64,000 bases of DNA from PVC group bacterium (lineage in GTDB: Bacteria > Omnitrophota > Gorgyraeia > B26-G9), in NCBI GenBank assembly GCA_024231215.1, contig JAAEQR010000072.1:385210-449209 (forward strand), read 5' to 3'. This document shows, piece after piece, positions 47,735-57,321 of this stretch (the first letter of the stretch is position 1; every line of letters begins with the position of its first letter). The notes under the pieces were generated by a model. The model saw nothing but the letters and a program-made list of their open reading frames with translations. It had not been told where the DNA came from and ran no database searches. The position numbers and the translations under genes were made by a program.

Positions 47735-48513
47735 ATCTAAAAACTGTTATTCTCGCGGGTGGATTTGGAACCAGATTGAGTGAGGAAACGAATGTTAAGC
47801 CTAAGCCGATGATAGAAATAGGGGGGAGACCGATTCTTTGGCATATAATGAAGATATATTCTGCGCATGGATTTAATGAATTTATTGTTTGTCTAGGGTA
47901 TAAAGGATATGTGATAAAAGAATATTTTGCCAACTATTTTTTACATCAGTCGGATGTTACGATTGATGTAGCAAAAAATAGTGTTGAGATTCATAAGACA
48001 ACTTCTGAGCCTTGGAAAATTACGCTTGTTGATACCGGACCGGATACTTTAACCGGAGGGAGGATAAAAAAAATCCAGCCGTATATAGATAATAAGACTT
48101 TCATGTTAACCTATGGCGATGGCGTGGGAGATATCAATATAAAAGAACTAGTGAAAGTGCATAAGAGTCATAAGAAATATGCGACATTGACCGCTGTACA
48201 ACCAATTGGCAGGTTCGGGGCCTTGGAAATAGGTAAAGATGATACTGTTACCAATTTCCATGAAAAGCCTCGAGGCGATGGAATGTATATAAACGGAGGG
48301 TTTTTTGTCTTGGAACCGCAGGTTTTTGATTATATAAAAGATGATCATCATATGTGGGAAGAAGAACCGTTAGAATTGTTAGCACAAAATAAGCAATTGG
48401 CTGCGTATCAACATAACGGATTTTGGAAATGCGTAGATACTTTGCGTGATAAAAGAGATTTAGAATTAATGTGGGATGCTGGAAAAGCTCCTTGGAAAAT
48501 ATGGCATGAGTAG
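47731..48513 (+). CDS. rfbF: Glucose-1-phosphate cytidylyltransferase RfbF/DdhA
   Basis: KTVILAGGFGTRLSEETNVKPKPMIEIGGRPILWHIMKIYSAHGFNEFIVCLGYKGYVIKEYF is the canonical RfbF N-terminus. Confidence 0.9.
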   Translation: MNLKTVILAGGFGTRLSEETNVKPKPMIEIGGRPILWHIMKIYSAHGFNEFIVCLGYKGYVIKEYFANYFLHQSDVTIDVAKNSVEIHKTTSEPWKITLVDTGPDTLTGGRIKKIQPYIDNKTFMLTYGDGVGDINIKELVKVHKSHKKYATLTAVQPIGRFGALEIGKDDTVTNFHEKPRGDGMYINGGFFVLEPQVFDYIKDDHHMWEEEPLELLAQNKQLAAYQHNGFWKCVDTLRDKRDLELMWDAGKAPWKIWHE

Positions 48514-49411
48514 AAAATCTAAAATTTTACTTACCGGTGCGACTGGTTTTCTAGGGTCTCATTTATTGTCTGGATTGATTGATAATGACTACGAAGTGAT
48601 TATTTTAAAGAGATCGTTTGATCCTGTATGGAAAATAAAGGATTTGCAGACACGGATTAAAAGCTATGATCTGGACAAGTCAGATCTTGAAGATGTTTTT
48701 AAAGAGAATAAAATAGACATTATTATTCATCTGGCGACAGATTACGGTAAGGATAGTAAAAGTAAAGTAAACCGGGTGATTAGTACTAATATAGAATTTC
48801 CAGCTAGGTTAATGGAACTAGCTGTGAATTATGAGATTAAATTTTTTGTAAATACGCATACGGCTTCTCCAAGCACATATTTATTCTATTCTGCGACAAA
48901 AAATGCTTTTCTAGAAATTGCAGGGTTTTATGCTGCTAATCATAACCTTTCGTTTGTGAATATGGTTATAGAGTATATGTACGGAGAGCGGGATGATGAT
49001 ATAAAATTTATTCCGGCTATAATAAATAAAATCTTTAAAGGGGAAGAAATTAAAGCAAGTGGAGGAGAGCAAGAGAGAGATTTTATTTATGTGGGGGATG
49101 TGGTTAATGCGTATTTATTATTACTTAAAAAAACAGATAACATTAAAGATGATTTTACGGAATTTAATATTGGGACAGGGGATGTGATGTCCTTTAGAAC
49201 GTTTATTGAAAAAATCGAAAAAAGCATTGAAAAAAAAGCTATAGTTAGCTGGGGAGCTGTACCTTATCGAAAAAATGAGCTGTTTTACTCAAAAGCTGAT
49301 ATTAGCCATATTAATCAAGTGCTAGGATGGTCTCCTGAAGTTTCTTTAGAACAAGGATTATTGAATACAGTCGGCTGGTATCGAAACCAGCAGGAGGATA
49401 ATAGTCAATGA
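48506..49411 (+). CDS. NAD(P)-dependent CDP-4-keto-3,6-dideoxyhexose 4-reductase-like (paratose/abequose synthase-like) SDR
   Basis: I chose the ATG at 48506 (MSRKSKILLTGATGFLGSHL), which overlaps the rfbF stop. YxxxK (YSATK) and the QERDFIYVGDV motif are present. Located between rfbF and rfbG, as prt/abe are in Salmonella and Yersinia. Confidence 0.5.
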   Translation: MSRKSKILLTGATGFLGSHLLSGLIDNDYEVIILKRSFDPVWKIKDLQTRIKSYDLDKSDLEDVFKENKIDIIIHLATDYGKDSKSKVNRVISTNIEFPARLMELAVNYEIKFFVNTHTASPSTYLFYSATKNAFLEIAGFYAANHNLSFVNMVIEYMYGERDDDIKFIPAIINKIFKGEEIKASGGEQERDFIYVGDVVNAYLLLLKKTDNIKDDFTEFNIGTGDVMSFRTFIEKIEKSIEKKAIVSWGAVPYRKNELFYSKADISHINQVLGWSPEVSLEQGLLNTVGWYRNQQEDNSQ

Positions 49412-50505
49412 TTGATATAATTTCTAAATATAAAAATAAAAGAGTGCTGGTTACCGGACATACCGGATTTAAGGGTAGCTGGATGTCCTTATGGCTAAGC
49501 CAGCTTGGAGCTAAGGTTATTGGATATTCCTTGGAGCCACCGACAAGCCCGAGTTTGTTTGAGGCTATTGGTTTGAAGAAACAGATTACGCATATTATAG
49601 CAGATATAAATGATCAGAAGCGTTTAGATGCTGTTTTTAAAAAATATCGTCCTCAAGTAGTATTTCATTTAGCGGCGCAGCCCTTAGTAAGGTTGTCTTA
49701 TAAATCACCGGTGTCTACTTATCAGACAAATGTTATGGGAACGGTGAATGTCTTAGAAGCTGTACGAAAAACTAAAAGTGTTCGGGCGTGTCTTGTGGTT
49801 ACCAGTGATAAGTGTTATGAAAATAAAGAATGGATTTATGGATATCGGGAATCTGATCCAATGGGAGGATATGATCCTTATAGTTCAAGTAAGGGATGTG
49901 CGGAATTAGTAGTTTCTGCGTATAGGAACTCGTTTTTTGCTCCCAAAGAATATGGCAAAGCTCACAGTGTTTCTCTGGCCTCGGCCCGTTCCGGTAATAT
50001 TATCGGTGGGGGGGACTGGGGAGAAGATAGGCTTGTGCCGGATTGTGTTAGAGCTTTATCAAAAAATAAAACAATTATGATTCGTAATCCTTATGCGACA
50101 AGACCTTGGCAATATGTACTTGAACCTTTATCAGGATATCTTCTGCTGGGGGGCCGGATGCTTGAAGATGCGGTTGCTTTTAGCGGTCCCTGGAATTTTG
50201 GCCCTAGCAGTAATGAGGCTTTGCCGGTAAAAGATATTGTTAAACTTGTGTTGTCTTGCTGGGGAGATGGTAAATATAAGATAGAACGTGGTAGAAAAGC
50301 GCATGAGGCGCACTTATTACAGCTTGATGCGAGTAAGGCTCACAAGTTATTGGGATGGAAATCAGTTTATTCAATGAACGAAAAAATGACTCGAACAGTA
50401 AACTGGTATAAAAAATTTTATGACAATATGGGTAAAAGCGCTTTATTGAGGCAAACCTCAGAAGATATAGATCAATATGTTAAAAGGATAAGTGTGCTTG
50501 ATTAA
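49408..50505 (+). CDS. rfbG: CDP-glucose 4,6-dehydratase RfbG/DdhB
   Basis: VLVTGHTGFKGSWMSLWL, SDKCYEN and YSSSK catalytic motifs typical of CDP-glucose 4,6-dehydratase. Confidence 0.85.
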   Translation: MIDIISKYKNKRVLVTGHTGFKGSWMSLWLSQLGAKVIGYSLEPPTSPSLFEAIGLKKQITHIIADINDQKRLDAVFKKYRPQVVFHLAAQPLVRLSYKSPVSTYQTNVMGTVNVLEAVRKTKSVRACLVVTSDKCYENKEWIYGYRESDPMGGYDPYSSSKGCAELVVSAYRNSFFAPKEYGKAHSVSLASARSGNIIGGGDWGEDRLVPDCVRALSKNKTIMIRNPYATRPWQYVLEPLSGYLLLGGRMLEDAVAFSGPWNFGPSSNEALPVKDIVKLVLSCWGDGKYKIERGRKAHEAHLLQLDASKAHKLLGWKSVYSMNEKMTRTVNWYKKFYDNMGKSALLRQTSEDIDQYVKRISVLD

Positions 50506-50506
50506 T

Positions 50507-51820
50507 ATGAAGAATGATTCAAAACTAAGAAGAAAAATCTTAGGCGATGTAAAAAAGTTTTATTTGGAACAGAAGGGGAAAGATAAGTTTGTGCCGGGAA
50601 AGTCAAGAGTTCCTTATGCCGGACGTGTGTTTGACGAAAAAGAGTTGGTTGATCTGGTTGACTCGTCTTTGGATTTCTGGCTGACTGCCGGAAGATATGC
50701 TCAGAAACTAGAAAAACAGCTGGCTGATTTTTTAGGGGTAAAACATGCCTTACTTGTAAATTCCGGGTCATCTGCCAATCTTTTAGCTGTAAGTGCCTTG
50801 ACGTCGCCTTTATTAAAGAAAAAACGCTTAAAACCAGGCGATGAGGTGATTACTACTGCTTGTGGATTCCCAACTACGCTTAATCCGATTTTACAGAACC
50901 AGTTAAAACCGGTAATTCTTGATATTGAACTGGGTACATACAATATTGATACAACAAAGCTTAAACAGGCGATTACAAAGAAAACAAAAGCTATTTTTGT
51001 GGCGCATACACTTGGCAACCCGTTTAATTTAGATGCGGTATTAAAGATAGCTAAAAAACATGATTTATTTGTTATTGAAGATAATTGTGATGCATTAGGT
51101 TCAAAATATAAAGGACAGTTTACTGGAACTTATGGTCATATTGCGACATTGAGTTTTTATCCGGCGCATCACATGACGATGGGAGAAGGAGGCGCGGTTT
51201 TAACTAGTGATCCGGTTTTAAGAAGAGCTTTGCTTTCTTTGCGTGACTGGGGGCGTGACTGCTGGTGTGACCCGGGAAAAGATGATACCTGCTGTAACCG
51301 TTTCACCCAAAAGTTTGGGGAATTACCGTTTGGATATGACCATAAATATGTATATTCACATATAGGTTATAATTTAAAAGTTACAGATATGCAAGCGGCA
51401 ATAGGCGTGGCTCAATTAAAAAAATTGAATAGTTTTATTAAAAAGCGTAAAGATAATTTTGCTTTTTTGCATAAAAATCTTAAAAAGTTTAATAAAAATT
51501 TATTATTGCCGGAAGCGACAAAACATTCCAATCCAAGTTGGTTTGGTTTTCCGATAATTGTAATGCCGTCGGCTAAATTCAATCGTGATGATATTGTTAA
51601 GTTTCTAGAGAATAATAAAATAGCAACACGCATGCTTTTTGGCGGGAATCTTATTAAACAGCCGGCATATTCCGGAATTAAGATGAAGGTTGTTGGTGAA
51701 TTGAAAAATACAAATTTAGTAATGAATAATCTATTCTGGATTGGAGTATATCCTGGAATAGGTAGTAAACAGCGTGCTTACATGGTTGATAAGATGAATG
51801 AATTTATGGATAAATGGTGA
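50507..51820 (+). CDS. rfbH: CDP-6-deoxy-D-xylo-4-hexulose 3-dehydrase (E1, RfbH/DdhC), PMP- and [2Fe-2S]-dependent
   Basis: DegT fold with His replacing the PLP-Lys (SFYPAHHMT). Cys motif C-X57-C-X1-C-X7-C (NCDALG...DCWCDPGKDDTCC) matches the E1 Fe-S ligands. RfbH-type N-terminus FVPGKSRVPYAGRVFDEKE. Confidence 0.85.
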   Translation: MKNDSKLRRKILGDVKKFYLEQKGKDKFVPGKSRVPYAGRVFDEKELVDLVDSSLDFWLTAGRYAQKLEKQLADFLGVKHALLVNSGSSANLLAVSALTSPLLKKKRLKPGDEVITTACGFPTTLNPILQNQLKPVILDIELGTYNIDTTKLKQAITKKTKAIFVAHTLGNPFNLDAVLKIAKKHDLFVIEDNCDALGSKYKGQFTGTYGHIATLSFYPAHHMTMGEGGAVLTSDPVLRRALLSLRDWGRDCWCDPGKDDTCCNRFTQKFGELPFGYDHKYVYSHIGYNLKVTDMQAAIGVAQLKKLNSFIKKRKDNFAFLHKNLKKFNKNLLLPEATKHSNPSWFGFPIIVMPSAKFNRDDIVKFLENNKIATRMLFGGNLIKQPAYSGIKMKVVGELKNTNLVMNNLFWIGVYPGIGSKQRAYMVDKMNEFMDKW

Positions 51821-51852
51821 TTTTAATTAAGTGGTAAAAAAGGGGGATAATA

Positions 51853-52896
51853 ATGAAAAAAGCTTTAATTACCGGAATAACCGGACAGGATGGCTCTTAT
51901 TTAGCTGAGTTTTTATTGTCTAAGGGATACGAGGTGCATGGTATTATTCGCCGGGCTAGTACTTTTAATACTGGGCGTTTAGAGCATATTTTTATGGATG
52001 AACATGATCCTAATGCTAAGTTATTTTTGCATTACGGAGATTTGGCGGATGCCGAACAGATTTCCGGTTTGATTTATAATATAAAACCGGCTGAGATCTA
52101 TCACCTGGGAGCGCAAAGTCATGTACGAGTGAGTTTTGATATGGCAGAATATTCGGGAAATATTACGGGATTAGGTACTACTCGTATTCTCGAAGCGATT
52201 CGCAGGAGTGGAATCAAGGCAAAATTCTATCAGGCTTCAAGTAGTGAAATGTTTGGAGCGGCAAAACCTCCACAACATGAGAAGACAATATTTCATCCCC
52301 GCAGTCCATATGCTTGCGGCAAAGTTTATTCTTACTGGATGGTCCGGAATTATCGGGATGGTTATAATATTTTTGCTTCTAATGGTATTCTTTTTAATCA
52401 TGAAAGCCCTCGCCGCGGCGAAACATTTGTAACGCGTAAAATTACGCGTGCGGTTGCGGCGATTATGGCTGGAAAACAGAAATATCTTTATATGGGTAAT
52501 CTTGATGCGAGAAGAGACTGGGGATTTGCGCCGGAATATGCAGAACTTATGTGGAAAATTCTGCAGCAGAAGAAAGCAGATGATTTTGTGTTAGGGGTAG
52601 GAGAATCTCATTCAGTAAAGGATTTTGTAGAAACAGCTTTTTCTTATGTGGGAATGAATTGGAAAAAGTATGTAAAAACAGATGCTAGATATTTTCGTCC
52701 GACGGAGGTCGAAAGTTTAATTGCAGATGCTTCTAAAGCAAGGAAAACGCTAAAATGGAAAGCCAAGATAAAATACAAAGATTTAGTTAAGATTATGGTC
52801 GATGCGGATTTAAGAAGAGCCGGATTAGAAGCTGTGGGAGAAGGCGATAAGATATTGAAAAAGAAATTCCCTCAGAAATGGTGGAAAGCAGATTGA
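51853..52896 (+). CDS. gmd: GDP-mannose 4,6-dehydratase
   Basis: [33 protein letters not shown] (YxxxK) and NHESPRRG motifs. Confidence 0.9.
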   Translation: MKKALITGITGQDGSYLAEFLLSKGYEVHGIIRRASTFNTGRLEHIFMDEHDPNAKLFLHYGDLADAEQISGLIYNIKPAEIYHLGAQSHVRVSFDMAEYSGNITGLGTTRILEAIRRSGIKAKFYQASSSEMFGAAKPPQHEKTIFHPRSPYACGKVYSYWMVRNYRDGYNIFASNGILFNHESPRRGETFVTRKITRAVAAIMAGKQKYLYMGNLDARRDWGFAPEYAELMWKILQQKKADDFVLGVGESHSVKDFVETAFSYVGMNWKKYVKTDARYFRPTEVESLIADASKARKTLKWKAKIKYKDLVKIMVDADLRRAGLEAVGEGDKILKKKFPQKWWKAD

Positions 52897-52911
52897 TCCA
52901 AGGAGGGAATA

Positions 52912-54129
52912 ATGCGAAAAATATCAGTAGGCTGGTTGGAAATAGGGGAAAAAGAAAAAAAAGCAGTAAATGATGTGCTGGATTCCGGCAGGATATCGGA
53001 AGGACCGGTAACAGCGGAATTTGAAAAAAAATGGGCTGAATTTATCGGTACACGTTATTGTCTGACAACAAGTTCAGGAACTGCAGCGCTAATCACAGTG
53101 CTTACGGCATTTAAACATCTTTATGATTTAGAAAAACGACCTAAAGTTATAACTTCTCCGCTTACATATATTTCAGATGCTAATGCGATAGTTCTGAGTG
53201 GATTGGAACCGGTGTTTGTTGATATAGATCCGGAAACGTTTTGTATTACTCCGGAAGCTATAGAAAATCATTTGAGTCAGGTAGCTGATCCGGAAAAATA
53301 CAGCATTCTTTTACCGGTTGACTTAATAGGGTATTCTGTAAAGATTGATGAAATAAAAAGAATTGCTCAAAAGTATGATTTACTGGTACTTGAAGATGCG
53401 GCTGAAGCGCATGGGACTATGTATAAGGGGAAATGCAGCGGAGCGGATGCACATGCTGGTATATATTCTTTTTATATCGCACATAATATACAAGCAGGAG
53501 AAATGGGTGCGATCACCACAAATGATGAAAAGATCTTTACTTTGTGTAAACAGTTAAAAGCAAATGGAAGATTTTGTGAATGTACTGTCTGTACTCGGGC
53601 TAAAGGAGTTTGTCCCGGGTTACAGTCGCTGCCTGAGAACGAAGATTTTGATCCTCGTTTTTTACATGAAGTAATTGGATATAATTTTAAAACTATGGAA
53701 TTTCAGCCGGCAATAGCTTTGGCTCAAATGGAAAATATTCCGTATATAATTAAAAGGCGGCAGGAAAACATTGCTGCATTGAACAAAGGGCTAGAGGAGT
53801 TTGCTGATATTTTACAGCTTCCTTTACATGATGAAAATGTAAGCTACTTGGCTTATCCTTTGGTTATTAAGAATACTTCAGCTATATCTAGAAAAAAACT
53901 CCGTAAAGAATTGGAAGAACATGGAGTGGAGACAAGGCCTTTATTTGGCTGTATTCCTACTCAGCAACCGGCCTATGAATATATGCGTAAAGCCTACCAG
54001 GGACGTATTCCTCATGCTGAATATGCGGGAGCTAATGGTTTTTATATTGGCTGTCATCAATATCTTACAGATGAAGATATTGCTTATACTATATCAATTT
54101 TTAAGAAGATATTAGGGGAAACACGATGA
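52912..54129 (+). CDS. DegT-family sugar-nucleotide dehydratase (ColD/E1-like; His in place of the PLP-Lys) with a Cys-rich insertion
   Basis: SFYIAHNIQAGEMG has His where aminotransferases have Lys. The insertion RFCECTVCTRAKGVCPG (CxCx2Cx6C) plus two further nearby Cys is a candidate metal/Fe-S site. Located between gmd and the fcl-like gene. Confidence 0.6.
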   Translation: MRKISVGWLEIGEKEKKAVNDVLDSGRISEGPVTAEFEKKWAEFIGTRYCLTTSSGTAALITVLTAFKHLYDLEKRPKVITSPLTYISDANAIVLSGLEPVFVDIDPETFCITPEAIENHLSQVADPEKYSILLPVDLIGYSVKIDEIKRIAQKYDLLVLEDAAEAHGTMYKGKCSGADAHAGIYSFYIAHNIQAGEMGAITTNDEKIFTLCKQLKANGRFCECTVCTRAKGVCPGLQSLPENEDFDPRFLHEVIGYNFKTMEFQPAIALAQMENIPYIIKRRQENIAALNKGLEEFADILQLPLHDENVSYLAYPLVIKNTSAISRKKLRKELEEHGVETRPLFGCIPTQQPAYEYMRKAYQGRIPHAEYAGANGFYIGCHQYLTDEDIAYTISIFKKILGETR

Positions 54130-55070
54130 TACCTAAAAATTCACGGATTTATATTGCAGGACATACTGGGATGGTGGGAAGAGCTTTGGGTAAAGTGCTT
54201 AAAAGAAAAGGTTATAGTCAGTTAATCGTTAGGACATCTAAGGAGATGGATTTAAGAAATCAAAAAAAGGTTGATGATTTCTTTAAAAAAGAAAAACCGG
54301 ATTATGTATTTCTTTTTGCCGCAAAAGTCGGAGGTATTAAAGCTAATATTGCAGCTCCCTCGGATTTTTTATATGACAATCTGGTAATTGAAACCAATGT
54401 TATTAATTCCAGTTATAAGCAGCAGGTTAAAAAGCTGCTTTATTTAGGCAGCTCCTGTATTTATCCTAGACTTTGTCAGCAGCCGATGAAGGAAGATTAT
54501 TTGCTGAGCGGTAAATTAGAACCAACTAATGAGGGGTATGCATTGGCGAAAATTGTGGGATTAAAACTGTGTGAATATTATAACCAGCAGTTTGAGACTA
54601 ATTTTATTGCGTTAATGCCGCCAAATCTTTACGGGCCTCATGATAATTTTGATTTAGAATCTTCACATGTTGTTGCTGCGTTAATTAGAAAATTTCTTGA
54701 AGCAAAACAAGGCAACTTGCCTTTTGTCGAAATTTGGGGTTCGGGGAATGCTCGACGGGAATTTCTTTATGTTGAAGATTTAGCTGATGCATGTTTTTAT
54801 TTCATTAGTAAATATAATAGCAAAGATTTCCCTTCGTTTATTAATGTAGGCTATGGAAAAGATGTTAATATCAAAAGCCTTGTTGGAATTATTAAAAAGG
54901 AAATTGGGTATAAGGGGCAGATCAGGTGGAATCCTAAGATGCCTGATGGGATGCCGCGGCGTTTAATGGATATTTCGCAGTCGAAAAAAATGGGTTGGCA
55001 GCCGAAAACTTCTTTGCAAGATGGCATTGGGAAAACATTGCGTTGGGTATTAAAAAATTCATGGAAGTAG
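54126..55070 (+). CDS. fcl: GDP-L-fucose synthase-like (Fcl/WcaG) or GDP-L-colitose synthase-like (ColC) 3,5-epimerase/4-reductase
   Basis: RIYIAGHTGMVGRAL, LYLGSSCIYP, YALAK (YxxxK). Fcl and ColC cannot be separated by inspection. Confidence 0.75.
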   Translation: MIPKNSRIYIAGHTGMVGRALGKVLKRKGYSQLIVRTSKEMDLRNQKKVDDFFKKEKPDYVFLFAAKVGGIKANIAAPSDFLYDNLVIETNVINSSYKQQVKKLLYLGSSCIYPRLCQQPMKEDYLLSGKLEPTNEGYALAKIVGLKLCEYYNQQFETNFIALMPPNLYGPHDNFDLESSHVVAALIRKFLEAKQGNLPFVEIWGSGNARREFLYVEDLADACFYFISKYNSKDFPSFINVGYGKDVNIKSLVGIIKKEIGYKGQIRWNPKMPDGMPRRLMDISQSKKMGWQPKTSLQDGIGKTLRWVLKNSWK

Positions 55071-55078
55071 GGCGGAAA

Positions 55079-56269
55079 ATGAAGGTAGTATTAGCTTCGC
55101 ATGTTTGGGTTACCGGGCCATGTCATGAGATTAAGAAATATATTCTTCGAAGAGACAAAGGTACGTTATTATATATAACCCATCCGCTATATTATCATGA
55201 CAGACTTAATGGCAGTGGATATGAGTTGTATAGCGATGGGAAGCTTGTTCGTGAACAGTATAATAAAATTCGCAAAATCCCCGAAATCATTAACTATTTT
55301 AGTGCTTTTTTTCGGAATATATTATATGTTTTCAGGACCAGGGAATCGTATGATGTATATATTGGATTTAATAACTTGAATGCTTTGGCCGGATGGTTTT
55401 TGAAAAAAATTGGTAAAGTAAATAGATGTGTGTATCATGTAGTTGATTATACCCCGCAGCGTTTTGACAATAAGCTCTTAAATTTTATATATCATCGCAT
55501 AGAAAGTTTTTGTGCGGTTCATTGTGATGAAACCTGGAACTTGTCGGGGCGAATGGTTGATGCCCGGGAACATTTTAAAGGACTTCGTCGGGAATTATGT
55601 GGTGTGCAGAAAGTTGTTCCAATGGGGATATGGGATGAGGAGATGGTCAGGTTTGATTTTGAATCAGTACATAAAACGCAGCTTGTTTTTATGGGGCATC
55701 TTCTGAAAAAGAACGGGGTGCAGTTTGTATTAGATGCGGTTCCTTTGATTATTGAAAAAATTCCGAAGTTTACTTTCTTGGTGATTGGCGATGGGGAATA
55801 TTTGGGGAAACTTAAGGCGCAAGTTTCCAGACTAAAAATTGATAAATGCGTGCGATTTGCCGGATATGTAGAAGATCATGCTGAAATCGAACGGATGATT
55901 GCTAAATCAGCGTTGGCAATTGCTTTATATGAATCCGGCAATAAAGAAAAGAACTGGACGTACTATACTGATCCAGGTAAAATAAAAGTCTATTTGGGGA
56001 GTGGGGTTCCGGTATTATTATCAGATGTGCCTCCAAATGCCAGGGAAATAGAGAAAGAACAATGCGGTAAAATTGTAGATTTAGCTCCCAAGGATATTGC
56101 TGCTGCAGTAGTTTTAATGCTGCAAGATCCGGAACTTTTACGTATTTACCGCAAAAACGCTCTTGCGTATAGTAAGCAGTTTGACTGGCAAAAGATGCTG
56201 GATAAAGCGTTTATTTTTGATAATAATCATGCCACTTCGCCCGGAAAAGTGACTTGTGTGTGGAAATAA
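55079..56269 (+). CDS. GT-B fold glycosyltransferase (GT4-like), paralog of 62648-63796
   Basis: I chose the ATG at 55079 after the GGAAG/GGCGGA RBS. The C-terminal half is about 50% identical to the last GT of the window (VFMGHLLKK.GVQ...YYTDPGK.KVYL..GVPVLL.D.P.NAREIE). Confidence 0.6.
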   Translation: MKVVLASHVWVTGPCHEIKKYILRRDKGTLLYITHPLYYHDRLNGSGYELYSDGKLVREQYNKIRKIPEIINYFSAFFRNILYVFRTRESYDVYIGFNNLNALAGWFLKKIGKVNRCVYHVVDYTPQRFDNKLLNFIYHRIESFCAVHCDETWNLSGRMVDAREHFKGLRRELCGVQKVVPMGIWDEEMVRFDFESVHKTQLVFMGHLLKKNGVQFVLDAVPLIIEKIPKFTFLVIGDGEYLGKLKAQVSRLKIDKCVRFAGYVEDHAEIERMIAKSALAIALYESGNKEKNWTYYTDPGKIKVYLGSGVPVLLSDVPPNAREIEKEQCGKIVDLAPKDIAAAVVLMLQDPELLRIYRKNALAYSKQFDWQKMLDKAFIFDNNHATSPGKVTCVWK

Positions 56270-56278
56270 GGTAGTTAT

Positions 56279-57310
56279 ATGCAAAATCCTTTAGTAAGTA
56301 TAATAATTGTAAACTGGAATGGATTAGCCCATCTTAAAAAGTGCTTTGTGTCTTTAAAGGGGATTAATTATAAAAATTATGAAATAATTTTAGTTGATAA
56401 TAATTCTAAAGACGAATCTGTTGCTTATGTACGGGAAAAATTTCCCAAAGTAAAAATTATTGTTAATACAGAAAACCTTGGATTTGCCGAGGCCAATAAT
56501 ATCGGTTATGAGAATTCCAAGGGGGATTTAATTCTTTTTTTAAACAACGATGTAGAAATAGAACCGGATTTCTTAGGGATATTGGTGCAGGAGCTTATTG
56601 GAGATCCTAATTTGGGCGGAGTACAGCCGAAGATTCTCTTAATGAAGGAAAGAGAAAAGCTCGATTCAGTCGGGGGATTTCTGACTAATAGCGGTTTCTT
56701 ATATCATTATGGAATCTATAAGGATGAAAAGCAGGACAAATACAATAAAAAGATAGATATTTATTCGGCAAAAGGCGCTTGTATGCTTTTCAGGAAGAAA
56801 GTAATAGAAAAAACAGGTTTGTTTGATAAAGATTTTTTTGCTTATTTTGAAGAAACTGATTTCTGTCACCGGGTTTGGCTGGCCGGATATAAAATCAGAT
56901 ATGTTCCTGAGTCCCGGATTTACCATTTAATGGGGGGAACATCAGGGGCAATGGATTCTCCCTTGATCCAATTTCATTCATTTAAGAATAGAATTAATTC
57001 TTTTTTGAAAAATCTAGGAATTAAGGAGTTGATGAAAATTCTTTTACACCATTTAATTCTCATTAACTTAGTTTCAATTGTCTGCCTTTTTTGTGGGAAA
57101 ATTAAAATGGCTTTTGCTATACAAAAAGCTATTTATTGGAATTTTTTGAATATTCATAAAACTGTTCGTAAGAGAAAAATAATCCAGAAAAATATTCGGA
57201 TGGTGAGTGGTCATGAAATTGAAAAATTTATTATGCAAAAGCCTCGTCTAATATACTATTTTTATCTTTTTGCAAATAAAGTGCCTCAATACAATGATCC
57301 GGTGTTGTAA
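56279..57310 (+). CDS. GT2-family glycosyltransferase (rhamnosyltransferase-like)
   Basis: VSIIIVNWNGLAHL...IILVDNNSKDES and a DXD-like motif (LNNDVE). Confidence 0.8.
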   Translation: MQNPLVSIIIVNWNGLAHLKKCFVSLKGINYKNYEIILVDNNSKDESVAYVREKFPKVKIIVNTENLGFAEANNIGYENSKGDLILFLNNDVEIEPDFLGILVQELIGDPNLGGVQPKILLMKEREKLDSVGGFLTNSGFLYHYGIYKDEKQDKYNKKIDIYSAKGACMLFRKKVIEKTGLFDKDFFAYFEETDFCHRVWLAGYKIRYVPESRIYHLMGGTSGAMDSPLIQFHSFKNRINSFLKNLGIKELMKILLHHLILINLVSIVCLFCGKIKMAFAIQKAIYWNFLNIHKTVRKRKIIQKNIRMVSGHEIEKFIMQKPRLIYYFYLFANKVPQYNDPVL

Positions 57311-57321
57311 GGAATCTATTT

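Noticed and set aside
52912-54129. Annotation of the second DegT-family protein as GDP-perosamine synthase (aminotransferase)
   Set aside because: The position after gmd would fit Per. But the PLP-binding Lys is replaced by His (SFYIAHN), as in the 3-dehydratases E1 and ColD. I therefore call it a dehydratase-type enzyme rather than an aminotransferase.
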